Of a stretch of DNA of 64,000 nt, positions 24,495-37,443 are shown one piece after another. The DNA comes from Nemertoderma westbladi (Eukaryota; Animalia; Xenacoelomorpha): the NCBI GenBank assembly GCA_032718475.1, contig JAUCBJ010000648.1, forward strand, positions 146,155 through 210,154, in the 5' to 3' direction. The translations under genes and the position numbers were made by a program. The notes below the pieces were generated by a model. That model was given only the letters and a program-made list of their open reading frames with translations, made no database searches and was not told where the DNA came from. Each line of letters begins with the position of its first letter. The first letter of the stretch is position 1.

Positions 24495-26754
24495 TTAGTA
24501 GTCTTGTGTAGCAACTATCCATTCGTTGTTCAAGTGATTTAGTCAGTGTCCAGGTCTCACCCCCGTATAAAAATACACTTTCCACTGTGGCTCGAAAGAA
24601 TTCAGTCTTCAGGTGCCTGGAGAGATCTGATTTCCAGATGGTATCCATTTTTGATAGACCTACCCAAGTCTTTGCTTTCCTAACTTCTATGTCCTTTTTG
24701 CTACTCTCTATCCATGATCCAAGGTACTAGAAGTCGTCGACCTTCCTTAGTTGATTATTATCAATGGTTGTCAAGTTTCCATCAAAATTCGGTCTTGGTA
24801 GCATTTATATGCAATCCAACCTCCTTAGCAGCCCTATCCACTTTATTTAGTAGCAACTGTGCATCTGCTAGCGTATTAGAGATCAGGGTGATGTCATCCG
24901 CAAAGTCGGTGTCTGTGACTAGTTGGACTACTTCCGCGTTCTAGAAATGTGAATCCCAGATCTTCACCCTTTGTGGCCATCCTCATTGCGTGTCTGTGAC
25001 TAGTTGGACTACTTCCGCGTTCTAGAAATGTGAATCCCAGATCTTCACCCTTTGTGGCCATCCTCATTGCGTAATCCAGCACAATTACAAATAATAATGG
25101 TGCTAATGTGTCACCTTGCAGTACGCCAGCCAGGATTGAGAAAAACTCAGTTTCACCATCTGGTGAGAGTACCTGCGCTTCTGTGTCACAATATAACAAT
25201 CCAATGCCAGCAACAATTACTTCTGGTATTCCATAAGCTATTAGGATTTCAAGCATTTTACCTCTATGGATAGAGTCGAATGCCTTCTTGAGGTCCACAA
25301 AAGTCATGACTGCGGGGAGATTCTTTAACTTAATTCCTTCAATCAGTCTCCGTAGTGCAAGTATCTGAGCTATTGTTGATCTATTTGGTAGAAATCCGTT
25401 TTGGCTCTTACGCAGTAGTTTCTCTATGTGAGGCCTAATACTATATAGAATCATTTTATTGTATATTTTGGGAGCTACCACAAGCAGACAGATCCCACGA
25501 TAGTTTGTTGGTATGCCGAGGTCTCCTGTCTTGGGGAGAGGCTTTAGTTGACCTTTAGTCCAAATTGGTGATGGCTTTTCCTCTTTTAACATCCGGTTGC
25601 AAACATTCAATAATGGTCTGTTTAGCACTCCGGTTTTCCATACCTCCGCTGGGATTTCATCGAATCCACTCGCTTTATTATTGGACATGCTTTTAATGCT
25701 TCTTTGGAGTTCGGCAGGTGTGAAGTCCCCTGTTTCTATAGGTAGTGTCTTGTCATATATTTTCATTGTAGGGCTGACCTCGATGTTTGGTGGCTGCCCA
25801 AGCAAGTGGCTGAAGTGATTTTTCCACTTCCCAACACGTTCTTCAGGACTATCGGCTTTGAGGCGCCCCTTTGCACAACTTTTCCGACCAGATACCTCAT
25901 TTACAGTTTGCCAGGTAAGTCTTGATTGTTGCTGTATGTGAGCAGTTGTAATTGCTTCAGTTTTATCCTGTATGTACTTTTCCTGACTGATGTTGTTAGC
26001 CAATTTAAGATCGTCCTTAGCTTTCTCAACCTTGTTAATGTTTTCGGTTGTTAGTTGTTCGGTTTTAACTTTGTAGGCTATCTTAAGATCTTCTCTCTTA
26101 CAAGTAACCTCAGAGTTTTGCCATGGCACATACTGTTTTCGCTTGGGTTTCTGGGGGATATGCCTCTTAGCTGATTCCTTGTGGGCTGTTATTATATTCT
26201 GGTATATTGAATCGGTGGATTGGTCTTCATCCATTGACTGAAGTGCTTCAAAGCGGTTTTGAACTTCTACTGTATAAGCATCCTTTACAGCATTGTCAGT
26301 TCTGAGTTTCTCCCAGTCATAGTTGATTTGCTTGCTTGTCCTGGGTTTGCTGGCTCTCAAACTGAGTCTGATCTCTGCAGTCACAATTCTGTGGTCCGAA
26401 CCAATTAGGTTGAACGAGCTGTATGCCTCGCAGTTGATCATGCTGTTTCTCCACTTTTTGTTTATAAGGATGTAATCCAGTTGTGCTTTGGTTCCATTAG
26501 GGTATTGAAAGGTCCATAGCTTTCCCTTACTCTTTTCGAATATGTTGTTTGTTGGTATCAATTCACATTCTTCCATTAGGTCTAAAAGTAAGTACCCATT
26601 TCTGTTAGAACTTGTGTTATAGGTGTAACCCTTGATGTTTTCTGGGCCAATTTTCGCCTTCAGGTCACCAGCAATGACTTTAACATTGTGTTTAGGAATG
26701 TCCTTAATAAGTCCAGCCAGTTCTTCATAAAACTTGACTGCTTGTTCTGGCTCA
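24495..26754 (-). pseudogene. RTE-clade-like LINE (APE endonuclease C-terminus plus RT), truncated at both ends and frameshifted
   Basis: Motifs LDYILIN, SDHR, NYRGI.L, Q.GF, DLKKAFDS and GVLQGDTLAP in ORF 24894..26576. TDTDFADD lies in another frame. 81-bp internal tandem duplication. A different family from the 14956 copy. Confidence 0.95.
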
Positions 26755-27167
26755 TTTAAAAAATGTTCCAGAATATGGTTTATTTATTTAATAGAATAAA
26801 ATAGCCTCGCGTCGTTGCAAAACCATGCAACATTTGAATGCTCATATCTCAGCTATTTTTCAACGAAATTCAAATTGTGTTATTTGAAATCCTTGCAGGG
26901 CCAGCTTTACATTGGTACCAACAAACCGCTATAAGGTAGAAGAATAACTGCGGTGTAACTAGTGTGATATCGCTGGAGACACTTTTTTTAAACGCTTGTA
27001 GCTAAAGATTGAAAGCAAAAATAAAAATTCTGGCTCACCCAGTCAGTGGTCGGGAGGTGAAACTATCTATGTTTAAAATTTCATGCAATCTCATTACGAT
27101 TTATAGAAAAATTAGGGGGGGGGGGGGGGTGTCACTGAATTACGACGCTATATTCTGGGACATGATG
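26755..27167. mobile_element. Right arm of the long-TIR foldback family seen at 10732
   Basis: Reverse complement of ~10732-11165; ends TATTCTGGGACATGATG|TA. Confidence 0.75.
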
Positions 27168-27669
27168 TAATGTACATATACAAGCCTCCTATGAAAGTTT
27201 GTGAAATCTTCATTAAGTCTACCCAACAGCCGTTGGTATCCCGCTGGCACCCTGGTTCAGTTTTCTGGTTTTGTTAGTTTAATCGACAGCTGTTGTAACT
27301 TGTAAACGTCCTAGATATGCAAAACCTACTAAGCATTTACATTACAATTGACCTTAGCGTGAGTTGATGACAGTATTATAACGATGACAATTAGGCCCTA
27401 TAGATACATACGATATATAAATGATGTACTGCTTGACATTACACTAACTGACTGAATAGAGATAGAACTATAATAATATAATAATAATGTAGTACGTAAC
27501 TCAAATTAACAATAAGTAGTGAAATGTTGTTCAGCTGTAAAAGTGTAGTTGTGGGTATTTAATTTCGCGTTACATAATGTTAATAATATGCTAATATTTC
27601 GAATATAGCACATCGAATCGTTCCCAACTTTTTTATTCAACAACTAGATACTAATTGATAAATAATACC

Positions 27670-28291
27670 GTACGCGTACCTGCTTGAGTTTTTGAGATAT
27701 TGGATGGTTATACATACACACATACACATATATATACATAACCACATCGTGGTTTTGAACGGCTCAACTCTTGACTAGAACTATCCTGGCCTATTAATAG
27801 GCAGGTTCGTTACTAGAAAGCCAGCAAGCTGGTTTAAACGTTCCTGCCCCTCAAACCAGTACCCTGCGAAAATGAAAACACGAAAATTGCCATCAACTCA
27901 ACGATAGAAACACCAGCTGCTGGTACTCATGAGGGCCTAGTAAGCTACAACTCTTGATTGAATGGATAGGCCCAAACTGCACAGAAGTATAGTACTAGCT
28001 AAATTTATTACTATCTCACTCGATCCCAGACAGTAATCAAACATCAACTGTAAGTTTGTATAATGTATTTCCCCGCCAGCTGAATAGCTCTTCCCAGTGA
28101 ATCCTATGGGAATATCTATAAGGTTATACTACTCAGTTCTATGTTAGGTGGGAGGCCACCTGATTGAATTGTAAGCACTGGGCCTTTCAAATGTTTTCTA
28201 GGTTGATAATAATGAATGAGGAGGGAACCACCTAACACTACGTTTGTCTATGAACAGTCTCCTTACAGCCAGCTGGCTGGCTTTTCTAGTA
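27670..28291. mobile_element. Cluster of HINE-like termini
   Basis: (TACA)n microsatellite, then ACTAGAAAGCCAGCAAGCTGG at 27812 (same end as at 9375), and an inverted copy GCCAGCTGGCTGGCTTTTCTAGT at 28268-28290. Confidence 0.55.
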
Positions 28292-29590
28292 ATAATTATA
28301 TTCTTCTGCAACCAATAATTTACTTTTTTAGACGAATTTTTTTGCCGGACTAACATATTTTGGCAACGTTCTGTGCGAGATTGGCGATATTTGAAAAGAT
28401 TCGGAGGTTCAAATATGTTGCTCACTGACTGAATAGCCCAAATAAAAAAGTTTGTGCATACTCGACGAGTTGAAATAGGTAAAATTTAACTTTAAATTTT
28501 CAAAACCGCTATTTTTTAGTGACCCCGTGATCGAAACGCCACAAAAATATACAGTCTTGTGCGCAACCAAAATTCATGTAGAGTTTGTTATTAAAAATTT
28601 TGCGTACCTGGTTGAGTTTTTGAGATATTGGATGCGCGAAACAAATGACGGGGCACCAGGCATTTAAAGCACTGCGTGGAGTTGGGAGTGTTAGTCTGTA
28701 ACGAATGAACTTCTCAGGTCGCTATATTGTTGGCAGTGTAGACTTCTCAGTGGCTATATTGTTGGCAGTACAAAATGTTCTTCGTCTACGATAGCGCCTG
28801 CGGGGCAGTGTTTGCATACACGTTCTTCTTTGGGATGGGGATTCAAACATGCGCCCCTGTTCATGGGTTAGTGTTCAATGGCTAAGTTGTGTGAAGATGT
28901 ACGCAGGCGTGAGTAAGCGTGTAGATCACTCTGACTATATGCACAATCATAGATATTTGGCCGTATCAGTGCGGGGTTGATTAAGATCTATGTCTGATAC
29001 TTGGATTTACCCTTAGCTGCTTTGTCCCGAACTGTTGCTCTTAACTTGGTCATTTCATCTTCCAAAATGGTCGATTGATCTAGTTCTGTACATTTTCGGA
29101 TATGTTAGCTTAACGGGGTATTCTTTGTGTCATATTCATAGATGGCTTTATACAATGGGCTACTCTCATTGTCTTCTTTGTGATAAATCTCTTGGCGAAA
29201 TTTGTAGTCCGCTGCAAAACCAATGCTGATAGAGATGGGCGGTTTAATCCGAAATAAACAAGTTCGTTTGGCGTTCTAACTTTAACACCAAGAAGTATTT
29301 TAAGTGCTCTTCTATACTTAATTTATACAGTTTTAATATTAATATTGCCCCATGTTTCAACGTTCAATGCACTCCATTGATCAAGCAGGCAGGCGTCTAG
29401 AACACCACTCATACATCATCACATGTTCATCATTTTCTTCCTTTGTCAGTGCCGTTGTAGTATGCTTATTGGGACATACTCATGGGCGTTCCAGCTCCGG
29501 GTACCCCCCGATCGCAATATTCGCTCCTCCTTGTCACTTGTCGTTTTCCCGGGTACTCTCCGTTCGCCGTATAAATAAGCAAGCAAGTAT

Positions 29591-30641
29591 ACACGTTTGT
29601 GGGGCCTTCGCGCAGCATGAGTCTCAGTTATCAGATACAGATAAATATTGAGCAATTCTATCACAAAATCGGTATTTAAGAAGTTTCACTAAACCGCAAA
29701 TAAAAATAAATCAAAGAAGAGAGGAAAGCCCCCCCTTCAGCCCCCCTCTTAATCTGCACCACCACCCAAAGCCAAAGGCGCACAGAGGATTGATGAAAGG
29801 CAGTTCTGCAGTTATCAACAGGAAATTTGTGTTTTAAATTTTAGGCGACCCAAAAGAGGCGACCCAATTTGTAAAAATTATTAAAATTTACCTTATGCCG
29901 ATAGTATAGATACTGACATATTAATTTATCATGTCAACACCTCAACGAAATTATTTAGCTAATTATTCTAAAGAATCACGATTTATACTCAAGCAATCAT
30001 TTTCCGAGATAAATAATAAGTGAGCTGGCTTATTAGTCTGGCACCTTACACTAGTTTAGTGCCTATCTCCTATAGATAATTACCCGTTGCCAAGTAGTAA
30101 TGGTGAGATGATTGGACTGGTTCCCAACTATAGGCAATAGCAAGCATGCCAAATAATGAGGGAGCTGGAAGTATAGAGTGAACGGGACATTTTAATAACT
30201 TAATTACGTTTAGATCAATTAAAAACACATTTCTTAAAGCATATCACTTGAACTAATTAAAAACTATAATGGAATGGGGTATGGGAATTACAGCTGTATA
30301 GTTTTTAAGTATAATTATTTATATCTTATACCGGTACTATAAAATAATTAATTTCCATTAAAAGGCAGGTTGAAAATGCTGTTTTACCCTAATCGACTTA
30401 ATTAACAGTTGTTACGTAATTAACTAAATTTATCTTACCTTCTCGAAGGCCACAACCAAATTCAACCTGAAAAATTTCTAAACTTTTGGTAGACTACATG
30501 TGTACCAAGTTTGGATAGATTTCATCGAGATGTGGCCGAGTTATTAACGTTTAAAATAGGACACGACAGAACAACAGACACACCGATTGAGTTAGTGGTA
30601 CCCGTATGCTAAGCTCGCTTACTTTCGTGGCTCGCCCCACA
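29591..30641 (-). mobile_element. TGT-bounded HINE-like element, copy B (different interior)
   Basis: Minus strand starts TGTGGGGCGAGCCACGAAAG and ends GCTGCGCGAAGGCCCCACAAACGTGT(A). The flanks join to give the empty site seen at 21651-21720. Confidence 0.8.
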
Positions 30642-30810
30642 GTGCTGCAATGCTTGTACCGGTGACTGTACCCGGGCGCGGGGCGACGTTTTAAACTTTA
30701 ACCCTTTAAATTAATTACATTACAAGATGTCAAATTCGTCTGCTAAAATATTTGCTGTTTAAATCTCCATCTATTTAAATAACTCGTTGTCATTCGCCAA
30801 ATTAAATTTA

Positions 30811-32130
30811 TGTGGGGCGAGCCACGAAGTTGGCGGAGCCTTAGCGAATTGACACTGTTAGGGGGTGGGTCAATTTATGCAAATAGTTGTCGTCGTCGTC
30901 GTTGTCGTCGTCGTCGTCGTCGTTGTCATCGTCGTTGTCGTCGTCGTCGTCGTCGTCGTTACGATTTTGACATGCTAATAACTTTGTCGGATTTAAAGCT
31001 GCCAAGTTGAAAATTTGTAGGTATCAATATGAGCAAAAGTTGAGATTTTTGAGAGACTTTCAGACACCATCAGTGCAATGGTCTCCCGCTAGAGGGCCAC
31101 ATGTCTAAACATTAAATTCCCTCCCATTTCTTTGCTTTTAATCCGTTTAAGCTGAAACTTGGCAGATATGTATTAGACCATTAGCTGTGACTTTCAAAGG
31201 AGGCGAATCCATCTGCAGTTCTCCAGTCTGCCGCTAGAGGGCCAAAGGTCTGAAAGTGAAATCGTTGTCGTCGTTACGATTTTGACATGCTAATAACTTT
31301 GTCGGATTTAAAGCTGCCAAGTTGAAAATTTGTAGGTATCAATATGAGCTAAAGTTGAGATTTTTGAGAGACTTTCAGACACCATCAGTGCAATGGTCTC
31401 CCGCTAGAGGGCCACATGTCTAAACATTAAATGCCCTCCCATTTCTTTGCTTTTAATCCGTTTAAGATGAAACTTGGCAGATATGTATTAGACCATTAGC
31501 TGTGACTTTCAAAGGAGGCGAATCCATCTGCAGTTCTCCAGTCTGCCGCTAGAGGGCCAAATGTCTGAAAGTGAAATCGTTGTCGTCGTTATGATATTGA
31601 CATGCTTATAACTTTGTCGAATTTAAAGCTGCCAAGTTGAAAATTTGTTTTGTTGAAAATCAGTTCAACAGTCACCCGCTATAGGACTACTTTATGCCTG
31701 AAAGTGAATAGATTCTCCCGTCTCATTGATTTTAATCAGTTTAAGCTGAATCTTGCCATATATTCTGGACCACATGCTGCGTCTTTGTGGGGGGGGGGGG
31801 GGGGGGGGAGATTTAATCGGTCTGCCGCTATACGACGAAATTTCTGAAAGTGAGATCCGTCTCTCATTTCGTTATCCGTTATTCAAGATGAAACTTGGCC
31901 GATGTACGTATGTACTATTCATCCATAGGCTGTGTCTTTGTGGGGCTGGAGACCCTAATCCATCTTCAGTTCTCACTATACCGCTAGAGTCAGAAATGTC
32001 TGAATAGAAATGAAAGAGGTAAAAAGTGATTAGGCGAAATCTGCTTAAAATTTGCTAATACAGTAATACTTTCGAATTAGTACTTAAATTAAATTTAAGT
32101 CACGTGCTGCGCGAAGGCCCCACTTCGTGT
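30811..32130 (+). mobile_element. TGT-bounded HINE-like element, copy C
   Basis: Same termini as copy A, (GTC)n microsatellite, and 315-bp internal units starting at 30961, 31276 and 31591. Confidence 0.85.
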
Positions 32131-33231
32131 ATTACTAAGTACATATATATATATAGACCTACAGTATAAACAAAAAATGTTAAAAAATCGCAGCTAATCG
32201 CTGCCCCAACTAATTACCATAAATCTATCGCTAAATTAGCACTCCTAATACATAGTCCCTACCCTTCCTATTTTCTCTTCTATCTACTTTCTACTCTACC
32301 TTACCTACATTATCTATCTACAGTATCTATATGCCATCTTCTTCTTCACCTCTCTATTCTGCATCTGCAACACCCTACAGTATACTATTACTTCAAACTA
32401 CTACTCACTACGTCCAATCTATCAAATGTTACATATATTTACATTTTATATAATTCCATCCTCCTGGTGAGCAGCCGTTTACTAGCCCTGCTATTTGGCT
32501 GTTCTCCAGTACCCATTTATATAGAACCTACCATATATAGTATGTACTCATGTTAATTTCTATTTTATACTGAGTTATTGTTGTGATTTTGAATTATTAT
32601 TTGAAGGGTAAAAATAAACATTTAAATACAATTGAAATACAATACAAGACTGCTGCTGTACTCGTGTACTGTAGTAGTATTAGGTATCTGAATGTTGATA
32701 TCAATGGGATACCGAGGCGTACAGTGACGTCACGACCAATCACAGATCGTTTTCAAATTTTGAATAATTTTTAAACTGAAAACACCAATTCCTCGGCTAT
32801 TTTAGCATCTTATTGAATTCTGTAAACGCCATTGTGTTTCTGTGATATTATTGCATCTAATTAATATGGTTTTGAATTTGAGTCGTGAACCCCATTGGTG
32901 TTTTGGGTGAATGGGTGGTTTCATATTATTATAACTTTCGTTGGGCACAGCTTTGTAAATTCGGCAATGACGTCCAGGTGGGATCGAACTGGTGACCTGT
33001 AGGTTGGAAGTATAACCCCGCTTAGAAGATAAGTTTTGTTAATAAGAGTCCTATATTGTAACAGCCAAAATCCTAATAAAAACTATCAAATGACTTGACC
33101 AATGAGCAATGTCCATTACTTGGGAAACTAAATTGGTAACTATGTAGAAGTGCACTAGTGGGTTCAGTCAATCGATAGCCATTGGACTAAAGTTTGTCAA
33201 AATTTGTGGAAAACTCAAATAAAAAACATTC

Positions 33232-35788
33232 AAAATTTAAACAACATGAACTTTGTATAAATTAATATAAACAACATGAACTTTGTATAAATTAATATAA
33301 ACAACATGAACTTTGTATAAATTAATATAAACAACATGAACTTTGTATAAATTAATATAAACAACATGAACTTTGTATAAATTAATATAAACAACATGAA
33401 CTTTGTATAAATTAATATAAACAACATGAACTTTGTATAAATTAATTTAAACAACATGAACTTTGTATAAATTAATATAAACAACATGAACTTTGTATAA
33501 ATTAATATAAACAACATGAACTTTGTATAAATTAATATAAACAACATGAACTTTGTATAAATTAATTTAAACAACATGAACTTTGTATAAATTAATTTAA
33601 ACAACATGAACTTTGTATAAATTAATATAAACAACATGAACTTTGTATAAATTAATATAAACAACATGAACTTTGTATAAATTAATATAAACAACATGAA
33701 CTTTGTATAAATTAATATAAACAACATGAACTTTGTATAAATTAATATAAACAACATGAACTTTGTATAAATTAATATAAACAACATGAACTTTGTATAA
33801 ATTAATATAAACAACATGAACTTTGTATAAATTAATATAAACAACATGAACTTTGTATAAATTAATATAAACAACATGAACTTTGTATAAATTAATATAA
33901 ACAACATGAACTTTGTATAAATTAATATAAACAACATGAACTTTGTATAAATTAATATAAACAACATGAACTTTGTATAAATTAATTTAAACAACATGAA
34001 CTTTGTATAAATTAATATAAACAACATGAACTTTGTATAAATTAATATAAACAACATGAACTTTGTATAAATTAATATAAACAACATGAACTTTGTATAA
34101 ATTAATTTAAACAACATGAACTTTGTATAAATTAATTTAAACAACATGAACTTTGTATAAATTAATATAAACAACATGAACTTTGTATAAATTAATATAA
34201 ACAACATGAACTTTGTATAAATTAATATAAACAACATGAACTTTGTATAAATTAATATAAACAACATGAACTTTGTATAAATTAATATAAACAACATGAA
34301 CTTTGTATAAATTAATATAAACAACATGAACTTTGTATAAATTAATATAAACAACATGAACTTTGTATAAATTAATATAAACAACATGAACTTTGTATAA
34401 ATTAATATAAACAACATGAACTTTGTATAAATTAATATAAACAACATGAACTTTGTATAAATTAATATAAACAACATGAACTTTGTATAAATTAATATAA
34501 ACAACATGAACTTTGTATAAATTAATATAAACAACATGAACTTTGTATAAATTAATATAAACAACATGAACTTTGTATAAATTAATATAAACAACATGAA
34601 CTTTGTATAAATTAATATAAACAACATGAACTTTGTATAAATTAATATAAACAACATGAACTTTGTATAAATTAATTTAAACAACATGAACTTTGTATAA
34701 ATTAATATAAACAACATGAACTTTGTATAAATTAATATAAACAACATGAACTTTGTATAAATTAATATAAACAACATGAACTTTGTATAAATTAATATAA
34801 ACAACATGAACTTTGTATAAATTAATATAAACAACATGAACTTTGTATAAATTAATATAAACAACATGAACTTTGTATAAATTAATATAAACAACATGAA
34901 CTTTGTATAAATTAATATAAACAACATGAACTTTGTATAAATTAATATAAACAACATGAACTTTGTATAAATTAATATAAACAACATGAACTTTGTATAA
35001 ATTAATATAAACAACATGAACTTTGTATAAATTAATATAAACAACATGAACTTTGTATAAATTAATATAAACAACATGAACTTTGTATAAATTAATATAA
35101 ACAACATGAACTTTGTATAAATTAATATAAACAACATGAACTTTGTATAAATTAATATAAACAACATGAACTTTGTATAAATTAATATAAACAACATGAA
35201 CTTTGTATAAATTAATATAAACAACATGAACTTTGTATAAATTAATATAAACAACATGAACTTTGTATAAATTAATATAAACAACATGAACTTTGTATAA
35301 ATTAATATAAACAACATGAACTTTGTATAAATTAATATAAACAACATGAACTTTGTATAAATTAATATAAACAACATGAACTTTGTATAAATTAATATAA
35401 ACAACATGAACTTTGTATAAATTAATATAAACAACATGAACTTTGTATAAATTAATATAAACAACATGAACTTTGTATAAATTAATATAAACAACATGAA
35501 CTTTGTATAAATTAATATAAACAACATGAACTTTGTATAAATTAATATAAACAACATGAACTTTGTATAAATTAATATAAACAACATGAACTTTGTATAA
35601 ATTAATATAAACAACATGAACTTTGTATAAATTAATATAAACAACATGAACTTTGTATAAATTAATATAAACAACATGAACTTTGTATAAATTAATATAA
35701 ACAACATGAACTTTGTATAAATTAATATAAACAACATGAACTTTGTATAAATTAATATAAACAACATGAACTTTGTATAAATTAATAT
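33232..35788. repeat. 30-bp AT-rich minisatellite, ~85 almost invariant copies
   Basis: Unit ACAACATGAACTTTGTATAAATTAATATAA, with a single A/T variant; it explains ORF 33230..35767. Confidence 0.99.
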
Positions 35789-36540
35789 ATTATATATATA
35801 CTATATATATATACACTATAACTTACGTCTTCGGCGTGATTAGGAAAAATAAGACCCCGAGTCTGAATAAAAAGAATTGTAAAAACTTAAAATATAAATA
35901 ATTTATTTATAACAAATTTCACCAACAGCCATACCCTTAAAATAAAATAATGTGCTTTAGGGTTTATATACAGTCAGAAATGAAACCAAATGTAACCAGC
36001 CAACCAATAGGGTTCTGGGTACTCTAGTAGTGGCCAATCCTTTACAGTACTATAAACCTTGGCTCTGATATTAAATCAATACTTTTGGTATTGTAAAATA
36101 ATTAGTAATAACATCATAACACTAGTCATTATTACATCATCGTTGAAGTCCACTCATACGCGTGAGTAGCCTTTAATGACAGGTTTTGAGTTTTATTTCT
36201 TCACATAAACTTTCTAGGCAGAGTTGGCAGAGCGTATTGACTATGAATAAGAATGCAATACACTAAACTTGTTAGATCTTCCAACCATCATTGTCGAAAT
36301 AAATACAATTCATTGGCGAATAAATTCAGTTTCGGTTTCAGTTTCAGTTTTATAGTTTCAGTTGTCGAAAACTTAAAAGTAAAAATATCGGTAGTAAATA
36401 TCGGAGTAGCGGCTCAGAAGCGTGAATATATCGAAATGACCGCATAAAGCGGCATTGTTGAATGTTATCTCAATAGTATGGCTGCATAGCATAGTCAGAC
36501 AGATGGTATTGGTATAATGTAGCTGGTTGATTTCAGAACA

Positions 36541-36838
36541 TGTGGGACGATCCACGTAAGTCCAGTTGAGCATTCGCGTAGCGGAACCATTAGTGAACCG
36601 TCCGTCGTCGTCGTTGTCGAAAATGTTTGAGAGCTATTAACTAGGTGAATCTTTGATGAAATGGAACCAAACTTGGTACACATGTAGTCTATAAAAAGTA
36701 TAGAAATTATACAGAAGACACACATATATAGTTCATATGTAAACCGCTAGGGGGCGAATGACTAAACTGTTCGCTAATTGTTCTTCTACGCAAATGATCA
36801 TTTGGACTTACGTGTGCGCGATGTCCCCAAGTACGTGT
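36541..36838 (+). mobile_element. Divergent member of the TGT-bounded family, copy D
   Basis: 5' TGTGGGACGATCCACGTAAGTCCA, (GTC)n, CCGCTAGGGGGC motif, 3' TGGACTTACGTGTGCGCGATGTCCCCAAGTACGTGT. CACGTAAGTCCA and TGGACTTACGTG form a perfect 12-bp inverted pair. Confidence 0.72.
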
Positions 36839-37443
36839 GCGCGATGTCCCCAAGTACGTGTGCGCGATGTCCCCAAGTACGTGTGTGCGATGTCCCCAAG
36901 TACGTGTGCGCGATGTCCCCAAGTACGTGTGCGCGATGTCCCCAAGTACGTGTGCGCGATGTCCCCAAGTACGTGTGCGCGATGTCCCCAAGTACGTGTG
37001 TGCGATGTCCCCAAGTACGTGTGCGCGATGTCCCCAAGTACGTGTGTGCGATGTCCCCAAGTACGTGTGCGCGATGTCCCCAAGTACGTGTGTGCGATGT
37101 CCCCAAGTACGTGTGCGCGATGTCCCCAAGTACGTGTGCGCGATGTCCCCAAGTACGTGTGCGCGATGTCCCCAAGTACGTGTGCGCGATGTCCCCAAGT
37201 ACGTGTGCGCGATGTCCCCAAGTAAGTGTGCGCGATGTCCCCAAGTACGTGTGTGCGATGTCCCCAAGTACGTGTGCGCGATGTCCCCAAGTACGTGTGT
37301 GCGATGTCCCCAAGTACGTGCGCGCGATGTCCCCAAGTACGTGTGTGCGATGTCCCCAAGTACGTGTGCGCGATGTCCCCAAGTACGTGTGTGCGATGTC
37401 CCCAAGTACGTGTGCGCGATGTCCCCAAGTACGTGTGCGCGAT
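36809..37443. repeat. 23-bp CpG-rich minisatellite, ~27 copies
   Basis: TACGTGTG(C/T)GCGATGTCCCCAAG repeated. Confidence 0.98.

Noticed and set aside
32965-33010. tRNA-like T-arm on the minus strand (AGTTCGATCCC)
   Set aside because: Only a box-B-like fragment with no cloverleaf; at most a SINE remnant.
33230-35767. 845-aa ORF poly-MLFILIYTKF
   Set aside because: Pure 30-bp tandem repeat with no gene context.
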